64,000 bases of DNA. It comes from a bacterium. GTDB taxonomy: Bacteria; Electryoneota; Electryoneia; Electryoneales; Electryoneaceae. The notes beneath the pieces are model-generated. The model was not told the DNA's origin. It searched no databases and was given only the letters and a program-made list of their open reading frames with translations. Of this stretch, positions 57,777 through 64,000 are shown one piece after another (position 1 is the first letter of the stretch; every line of letters begins with the position of its first letter). The position numbers and the translations under genes are program-made. The stretch spans positions 2,784,001 through 2,848,000 of the forward strand of contig CAXXKJ010000002.1 of assembly GCA_963675295.2 (NCBI GenBank). The letters run 5' to 3'.

Positions 57777-58637
57777 TTAACACATGCGTAGCGAAATGTC
57801 GAGCGGTTTCGCCGAATGCGTTAACGCCCCCAGGGAAATGCGGTGTACACCGGTCGCTGCCACCTCGGCGAGGTTGGCCAGCGTGATGCCGCCGGACGCC
57901 TCGAGTACGCAGAGATCGCCGGTTCGTTCCACCGCCTGTATCAGTTGTTCCGGCGGGAAGTTATCAAGGAGAATGCGGTCAGGCTTCTCTTCTAACGCCA
58001 GTTCAAGCTGTTCGAGAGTCTCGACTTCGACCTCGATCGGTATGTTGCTGCCGTGCTGCTTGACCCAATCGTGGGACGTACGCACCGCTTCCGCGACTCC
58101 CCCGGCGGCTTCGATATGGTTTTCCTTGATCAGGATTTCATCGTACAGGCCGATGCGGTGATTGCCCGCGCCGCCACACTTGACGGCATACTTCTCCGCC
58201 ATGCGCCAACCCGGCGTTGTCTTGCGTGTATCGATCACCACCGCGCGGGTTCCAGCGACCAATCGCATCGCGTCACGGGCCATCGTCGCAACGCCGCTCA
58301 GGCGTCCGAGGCCGTTCAACGCTGTCCGCTCGCTGATCAGGATGCCGTGCACCGGACCGGTCACCGTCGCCAGCACCTGGCCGGGGGTGACATGGTCGCC
58401 GTCATCGACGTGGAACGTCCACACCGCCGCTGGATCGGTCATCCGGCCGGTGTACACCGCCCAGTCGATCCCGGCGATGATGCCGTCCTGTTTCGCGACC
58501 AGTTGCGCTTCGCCGATCTGGTCAGCGGGAATCGTTGCGAGGCTGGTGATGTCACCACGCTCGCCGAGGTCTTCGTCCAGCGCTTCCCGGACATGCCGAG
58601 TCAGCCATTCTTCGCCGGTCGCGTCACGCAGACTCAT
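57777..58637 (-). CDS. nadC: Quinolinate phosphoribosyltransferase
   Basis: DTRKTTPG, HRIGLYD, IKENH, EVEVET, LLDN, EASGGI. Confidence 0.97.
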   Translation of the reverse strand: MSLRDATGEEWLTRHVREALDEDLGERGDITSLATIPADQIGEAQLVAKQDGIIAGIDWAVYTGRMTDPAAVWTFHVDDGDHVTPGQVLATVTGPVHGILISERTALNGLGRLSGVATMARDAMRLVAGTRAVVIDTRKTTPGWRMAEKYAVKCGGAGNHRIGLYDEILIKENHIEAAGGVAEAVRTSHDWVKQHGSNIPIEVEVETLEQLELALEEKPDRILLDNFPPEQLIQAVERTGDLCVLEASGGITLANLAEVAATGVHRISLGALTHSAKPLDISLRMC

Positions 58638-61600
58638 CGTCCCTCCTCAACCGCGGCCCGCTCCTCCTGGAACATTTCCAGCCGTTTCACCTGTTCGTCG
58701 GCTCGGCGTCCGAACGGACTGCCCAATCCTTCCCGCCGCACGATCTCACGGTACATCTGCTTCGCGCGCTCGGGCTCGTTCAGGCGTTCGAGCACCCGTC
58801 CGGCGGCGTACAATGCGGTCACACCCCATTTCAGTTTGGTCGCACGGTTGAGGTGCACCACCCGCAGATACTCGCTCACCGCCTCTTTCAAACGCCCGTC
58901 GCGTTCCATCGCCTCCGCGATGTAGAACTGGCAGGCGGCGTAGTCTTCACCTTCGGCGAAGGTCATCGCCCGGCGAAACTGCGAGATCGCGAGGTCGTAG
59001 TGCCCGGTTTCGTGGTAGGATAGCGCGAGATTCATCCGATGGTCGAACGCATCCGGCGCATCCGGATACAGCTCGAGGTACTTACGCGCGGCACGCATCG
59101 CGCCTTCGTAGAACCCGGCGTCCTTGAATGCACGGATCTGGTTTCCGAGCACGTACGGCCAGCTGTCGATGTACGCGCTGTCTGCGAGCACCTGTTCGTA
59201 CTTGTTGAACGCGTCGAAGTAGTTCTGCTGGCTCGCGTAGTAGTTCCCGAGCAACCAGTAAACGTTGCCCATCACCGGATGGCTGGGGACATCGTCGCTG
59301 AGTTCGATCAGCATCTCGTACGCTTTGTCCGCCTCGCCCTGGTCCATGTAGTCCCGCGCCAGCTCATACTTGGCCCACGGCGCCTGGTCCGTGTCCTCGT
59401 ACTTGTTCATCACGGTCTTGTAGGCCTTGAGCGAATTGTTGTACTGCTGCTTGGACGAATAGAACCGGCCTTTTTCCAGCTCAAACCGTGCCAGCGCGTG
59501 GTCCAGTTTCGGGTCCTGCTTGTGCCAGCCCTCGAACGCTTTCGTCTCGGGCAACGCCTTGTCCATCAATCCGCCACGATACAACGCGACCACACCGAGC
59601 TCGTCCAGCGCGAATGCCGTGTCGGGATTCGTTTCGTGCTCGGATGCGGTCCGTGCCCACTCATGCGCCTTGGCATATTGTCCACCCCGGAACGCCCAGT
59701 GAGTCAACTGACGCCGGAGCGGTTGCAGCGTTGGGTCGTCAGGTGAGCGCCGAATCGCCTGCTCGTATAATGGCAGCGCGTACTCCCACTTTCCGCCCTG
59801 GTGGTACAGACGCGCGAGCCGCAAGGATGCCATCGGACTCGATTGCGTGGCGAGATACGCTGTGTAGTCAAACAGGGCGTTCAGCGTGTCGCCATGGGCC
59901 TCAGCATTCAACGCGGACAGCAGCAGGTTGTCACCACTCGCCAGCACCGGATCGACGAACGTCGGCCGCGCCGGTTCACGAGCTTCGACCCATCCGACTA
60001 CGGTCTGAGCGGTGGCAGGGTTGCCGTCCCGGCCGAAGGTGCCCAACAGATGATCGAGCACCTCAGGCGCGTTCGCTTCGATCTGCGTTACGTACGGCGC
60101 CTGGTTCAGCAACCACTCGCCGGCAGTTGCGGCTTCGGGCTGGCTCGGACGCTGCGTGATCCAGTACAACGCTACGTCCGTCTTTTCCGGCGAATCGGGC
60201 GCGTTCAACAACGTTCGTGCGAGACTATCCGCGTTGGCGATGCTGTCAGCGGCCAGTTCCTGCTGGAACGCGCTCAGAAGTGCCTGCCGTGTCGCGCGAC
60301 TGGAAAGCTCGCCACTCAGCACCGGATCGAGCGTAGCATGGTACAACGAATCCATCTCGGATTCGTTATCCCCTTCCAGCTTGTGGGTGTACGCGTCCGC
60401 GAGAATCAGGCGAACGTCGGCGTTGTGTTCGGCATTGGGATGCGAGGCGAGATACCGTGACCAGTCGTTTCGTTGTTGACGGGTCAGGGTGCTGGCGACT
60501 GTGACCGTCAGATCCTGCAACGTGTTGTAGCGCCACGCCCGCACCGGATCGGCCTGCAGGCTGTCGAATGCATCACGATACAGCGCCGACCACGTTTCCA
60601 GCAGCGATGCCGCCCGTCCACGCAAACCGTCAGACACGGACAACGCTTCCGCGCCCGGCCCGTGGCTCGCCTGCTGCCATTCCATCCACAGCGCGTCGGC
60701 GTACATGTCACGCGCCCGGTTGCGAACCTCGGGCGGGTTGTTCTCGCCATTGACCAGCAGAAGCAACAACGTCATCGCCGGCTGCGGCCGTTTGAACGAG
60801 TGCAGATACATCGCGGCGAGGTCTATTTTCGCCGCCGGGGTAACGTCCGGCTTCACCAGTTCGCTCAGCAGCGGGATCAACGCGTCGTCACTTTGTTCGC
60901 TGGCAATCACGTGTTCACGCAGGAAATCCGCCCGTTCTTCCGCGTCGTAACGATGCGGGCTCGCCGGATACAAGGTTGCAAAGCGCTCAAATAGCTCAGC
61001 AGCAGTCTCCGTATCACCCGGACGCGCGCGCAATTCGGCAGACAGCCACAGCAGATCGTCGTCGAACGGCGTCGTCGCCCGGCTGACCGGTTCGGTTTCA
61101 CGCAGGAAAGTCAACGCGGCTTCGGGTTCTGTCGCTCCGATGGTCTTTGCCGCGTGCAGCCGGATCGACTGCTTCAGCAGCAGATCATCGCAGGCGTTAA
61201 CGGCTTGCACGTACAGATGCGGAGTCGGATCGCCGGTCTCGTAGCTGAGATCCGCCGCTGCCAGTGTCGCGGCAAGCTGGATCGCGGGATCGTCGCCGGC
61301 CATCGCCCCGGCGAACGCCGACGCCGCCTGCACCGGTTTGCTGCTGCGTTGCAGGCACCAGCCCTGTTGCAGCAGGGTCCCCATGCTGTCCGCCGCTGCG
61401 AACAGGGTGCGAGCCGCGTCGTAGTTGCCTTCCCGGAACATCAGCTCGGCGAACGCGAGGTCAACCCGCGAATGCTGCGTCGAATCCGGCGCCATCCGCG
61501 ACGCTCGTTCGAACATCAACCGTGCGCCGTCGCCATCTCCGCTGCGGAAACGCAGTTTTGCCAGCTCCAGCGCAGCCTGCGAAGCATACGTCACATCCGC

Positions 61601-62407
61601 CATTCCCTCGAGCACCTGCGTCCAGATCTGCTCGGCGGCCTTGGGATCGAGACGCCTCAGCTCCCAGCGGCCCAGGAACAATCCGGCGGTGACTTTCAGG
61701 CTGTCGCTACTGGTGTGCATCGCGACGGCTTTTGCTTCCTCGATGGCGGGTGGGAGATCATGCTGCCCGGCGTAGGATTGCGCCAGCAGCAACCGCGCCT
61801 CGAATTCCCATTCGGTTCCGGGAAAGTCACGCAGCAGGATGTTGAGCGTGCGTTCGGTCGCCTGCCAGTCACGGATCGCCAGTTGCAGCTTGGCGGCCCG
61901 AACCAGGGTTCGGGGCAGGGTTTCGGCGTCAGGATACAATACCTGCACCGCGAGGTAGCGGTCGATCGCGCGAGTGGTGTCGCCGAGCAGCAGGTCCATC
62001 TCGGCGGCACGGTGCATCGCCTCAACCGCACGTGTGCTGTCCAGCAGATACACCGCCGCACGTTCGTACGCGTTACGCGCGGAGGAAATCAGGTCCTGGT
62101 GCTGCAGCGATTTGGCGAGCCACAGGGCGGCGTCGCCGGCATATTCGTGGTTCGGATAAGCCTTGAGGAAGAGCTCGAACTCGGAGGCGGCAAAATCGTA
62201 CAGGCCTCGATCATACAATTTTCGAGCGTGGAGGAAATCGCCCTCCGGTCCGACGGAACCGGGCGCGAACTCATCCTCTTCCTGGGCACTGGCGATCGAT
62301 GGCACAACTGCCACGACCATGACGATCAGCACCACCAGCGAGAACAGAACACGTACTGCTCCTCCCCACCGGATCGTTATCGTCCGGCGCCGCTCGAGTC
62401 GTTTCAT
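58634..62407 (-). CDS. Large exported tetratricopeptide-repeat protein
   Basis: N-terminal signal or TM segment; many TPR-like helices ending in YP/FP. Confidence 0.82.
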   Translation of the reverse strand: MKRLERRRTITIRWGGAVRVLFSLVVLIVMVVAVVPSIASAQEEDEFAPGSVGPEGDFLHARKLYDRGLYDFAASEFELFLKAYPNHEYAGDAALWLAKSLQHQDLISSARNAYERAAVYLLDSTRAVEAMHRAAEMDLLLGDTTRAIDRYLAVQVLYPDAETLPRTLVRAAKLQLAIRDWQATERTLNILLRDFPGTEWEFEARLLLAQSYAGQHDLPPAIEEAKAVAMHTSSDSLKVTAGLFLGRWELRRLDPKAAEQIWTQVLEGMADVTYASQAALELAKLRFRSGDGDGARLMFERASRMAPDSTQHSRVDLAFAELMFREGNYDAARTLFAAADSMGTLLQQGWCLQRSSKPVQAASAFAGAMAGDDPAIQLAATLAAADLSYETGDPTPHLYVQAVNACDDLLLKQSIRLHAAKTIGATEPEAALTFLRETEPVSRATTPFDDDLLWLSAELRARPGDTETAAELFERFATLYPASPHRYDAEERADFLREHVIASEQSDDALIPLLSELVKPDVTPAAKIDLAAMYLHSFKRPQPAMTLLLLLVNGENNPPEVRNRARDMYADALWMEWQQASHGPGAEALSVSDGLRGRAASLLETWSALYRDAFDSLQADPVRAWRYNTLQDLTVTVASTLTRQQRNDWSRYLASHPNAEHNADVRLILADAYTHKLEGDNESEMDSLYHATLDPVLSGELSSRATRQALLSAFQQELAADSIANADSLARTLLNAPDSPEKTDVALYWITQRPSQPEAATAGEWLLNQAPYVTQIEANAPEVLDHLLGTFGRDGNPATAQTVVGWVEAREPARPTFVDPVLASGDNLLLSALNAEAHGDTLNALFDYTAYLATQSSPMASLRLARLYHQGGKWEYALPLYEQAIRRSPDDPTLQPLRRQLTHWAFRGGQYAKAHEWARTASEHETNPDTAFALDELGVVALYRGGLMDKALPETKAFEGWHKQDPKLDHALARFELEKGRFYSSKQQYNNSLKAYKTVMNKYEDTDQAPWAKYELARDYMDQGEADKAYEMLIELSDDVPSHPVMGNVYWLLGNYYASQQNYFDAFNKYEQVLADSAYIDSWPYVLGNQIRAFKDAGFYEGAMRAARKYLELYPDAPDAFDHRMNLALSYHETGHYDLAISQFRRAMTFAEGEDYAACQFYIAEAMERDGRLKEAVSEYLRVVHLNRATKLKWGVTALYAAGRVLERLNEPERAKQMYREIVRREGLGSPFGRRADEQVKRLEMFQEERAAVEEGR

Positions 62408-62438
62408 CGCTCGCTCACCCCTTGTCACACGGGTTCCG

Positions 62439-64000
62439 CTAAAAGTCCTTCACCGGCTGAAGCCGGGCGATCTTCTGGATCAATTTCTTCTGGCCGATGC
62501 CGTCAAATTCAACCGTCACCCGCACAGAATCCTGGAACGGTGACGTCGCAATCACAATTCCCTGCCCGAATTTCGGGTGCGTCACCAGGTCGCCGGTACG
62601 CACCGCCGGAATGTCCTCGCCATTCACATGCGGGGTCTGCGGCGAGGTTGATTCAGGTTCGCCGCTGGACTCGTCGTGCTGAGTTCCGCCGCCAAGACGT
62701 CCGAGCACTGGAAGCTCGGCTGACGCCTGCTTGCGGGGCGCTTTGCCCTGCGCGCGCGGCTTCCACGATCCTCCGCCCGATCCAGCGTAGCCCTGCGCCT
62801 TCTGCAAGCCCTGGTATTTGCCGGCCGAGGACATCGGATTGCGTCCCGACCACTCGACACCGTCTTTCGGCAGATCGAGCAGGAACGGACTCGGTCCCAT
62901 GTCGGTAAACTGGCCCCAGACACGCCGGTTCTGCGTGTATGTCAATACTAACTCATCGTGCGCCCGGGTCACGGCCACATAAAACAGCCGCCGTTCCTCG
63001 TCGAGATCGCGGGAATCGTCGTCATCGGGACTGCTCAACGGGAAGGTCTTGTCCTCGAGTCCGGTGACGAAGACGCTCGGAAACTCCAACCCCTTAGCGG
63101 CGTGTATCGTCATCAATCGTACAGAATCCGCGCCCGCATCGTACTTGTCCTGATCGCTGGCCAGCGCTGCCTGCTCGAGGTAGTCCTGCAGCCTGCCTTT
63201 GCGCACCGCGTGTTCCGCGAGACTGTTGAACAGGCTGTCGAGGTTGTCAAGCCGGCCCTGTGCCTCGAAATCGCCCTCGTCGCGTAACCGTCCGATGTAA
63301 CCGGACTCCTCAAGCACCGTCTGTGCCCACTTTTCCAACGGTGCGGGCTCAGCGGATTCTTCGTCCGCGCTGGGTTCGGCGTCGTCCGGTTTCGCCTCGG
63401 AATCGCTGTTTTCAGCGGGTTTCGGCGGCTGGATTTCATGCAGCGCGGTCTGCCACGTCAGGATCTGTTCGGTGAACTTATGGCAGGCGTTGACGGCCCG
63501 TGTACCCAGTCCCTCGACCAGGTTCGCTTTGGTCATCACTTCGAACAGCGAGCGGTCGTGTTCCGCTCCGAACGCCTGCAGCTTCTGCAACGTGGTCGCG
63601 CCGATGCCGCGCGGCGGTTCGGCGATGATGCGGCGCAGGGACAGTTCGTCCAATGGATTCAGGCAGAGCCGGAAATACGCCAGTGCGTCCCGTATTTCCT
63701 TCCGTGAGTAGAAGCCGACACCACCCAGTACCTGGTACGGATAGCGCATCGCCCGCAACGCGTCTTCGAAAAGGCGGGATTGCGCGTTGGTGCGGTACAG
63801 GATCGCGAAATCCTTGAACGCGCGCTTGCCGCTTAATGTCGCCCGGCCGATCCGGTCAACCACTTCGCGGGCTTCGTCGATGTCGGTACCGACACCAACC
63901 ACCTCCGGCACCATGCCGCCGGACCGATCGGTCCACAGCTTTTTCTCTTCGCGACGGATCGACTTGGCGACGACTGCATTTGCAAGGTCGAGAATCTGCT
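62439..64000 (-). CDS. UvrD/PcrA family helicase, 5' end outside the window
   Basis: AILYRTNAQSR, MTIHAAKGLEF, EERRLFYVAVTRA; C-terminal HPKFGQG. Confidence 0.95.
   Translation of the reverse strand, partial: QILDLANAVVAKSIRREEKKLWTDRSGGMVPEVVGVGTDIDEAREVVDRIGRATLSGKRAFKDFAILYRTNAQSRLFEDALRAMRYPYQVLGGVGFYSRKEIRDALAYFRLCLNPLDELSLRRIIAEPPRGIGATTLQKLQAFGAEHDRSLFEVMTKANLVEGLGTRAVNACHKFTEQILTWQTALHEIQPPKPAENSDSEAKPDDAEPSADEESAEPAPLEKWAQTVLEESGYIGRLRDEGDFEAQGRLDNLDSLFNSLAEHAVRKGRLQDYLEQAALASDQDKYDAGADSVRLMTIHAAKGLEFPSVFVTGLEDKTFPLSSPDDDDSRDLDEERRLFYVAVTRAHDELVLTYTQNRRVWGQFTDMGPSPFLLDLPKDGVEWSGRNPMSSAGKYQGLQKAQGYAGSGGGSWKPRAQGKAPRKQASAELPVLGRLGGGTQHDESSGEPESTSPQTPHVNGEDIPAVRTGDLVTHPKFGQGIVIATSPFQDSVRVTVEFDGIGQKKLIQKIARLQPVKDF

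Noticed and set aside
55039-57780. 913-aa plus-strand ORF
   Set aside because: Antisense shadow of galT and the GH57 gene with no recognisable motifs; expected from GC-rich codon bias.
61154-62908. 584-aa plus-strand ORF, and similarly 44832-46301 on the minus strand
   Set aside because: Shadows of the TPR/helicase genes and of pckG.

Overview
This is a gene-dense bacterial window of roughly 55-60% GC by eye. Seven secreted proteins end in a YPNPFN-type T9SS/Por-like C-terminal sorting domain, which suggests an FCB-superphylum organism (inference). Positions 1 to about 12,000 look like the right end of an island bounded by a 3'-half tRNA-Asn att remnant. That segment carries an IS200-family element inserted into the signal-peptide region of an outer-membrane gene, and a sigma54 module. 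The module consists of an FG-GAP/ASPIC sensor kinase, an NtrC-type regulator and three -24/-12 promoters, each with tandem TGT(C)-N10-GACA-type enhancer sites 73-76 bp upstream. The three promoters face an FG-GAP secreted protein, a beta-helix secreted protein and a ~205-nt candidate small RNA. At 17.2-26.4 kb a five-gene cluster could form a trans-envelope electron conduit: a membrane-anchored ferredoxin/flavoprotein, a 20-heme and a 46-heme cytochrome, a beta-barrel, and a His-rich membrane protein. The remainder holds further secreted proteins, a Tat sulfatase, accessory enzymes, a ppk2/maeB/oadGAB/pckG block, an octaheme cytochrome behind a Rex-like box, tRNA-Val, and a housekeeping run (uvrD-like, TPR protein, nadC, GH57, galT, GT2, folD). 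No CRISPR array or rRNA was seen. All calls come from manual reading; no database searches were run.
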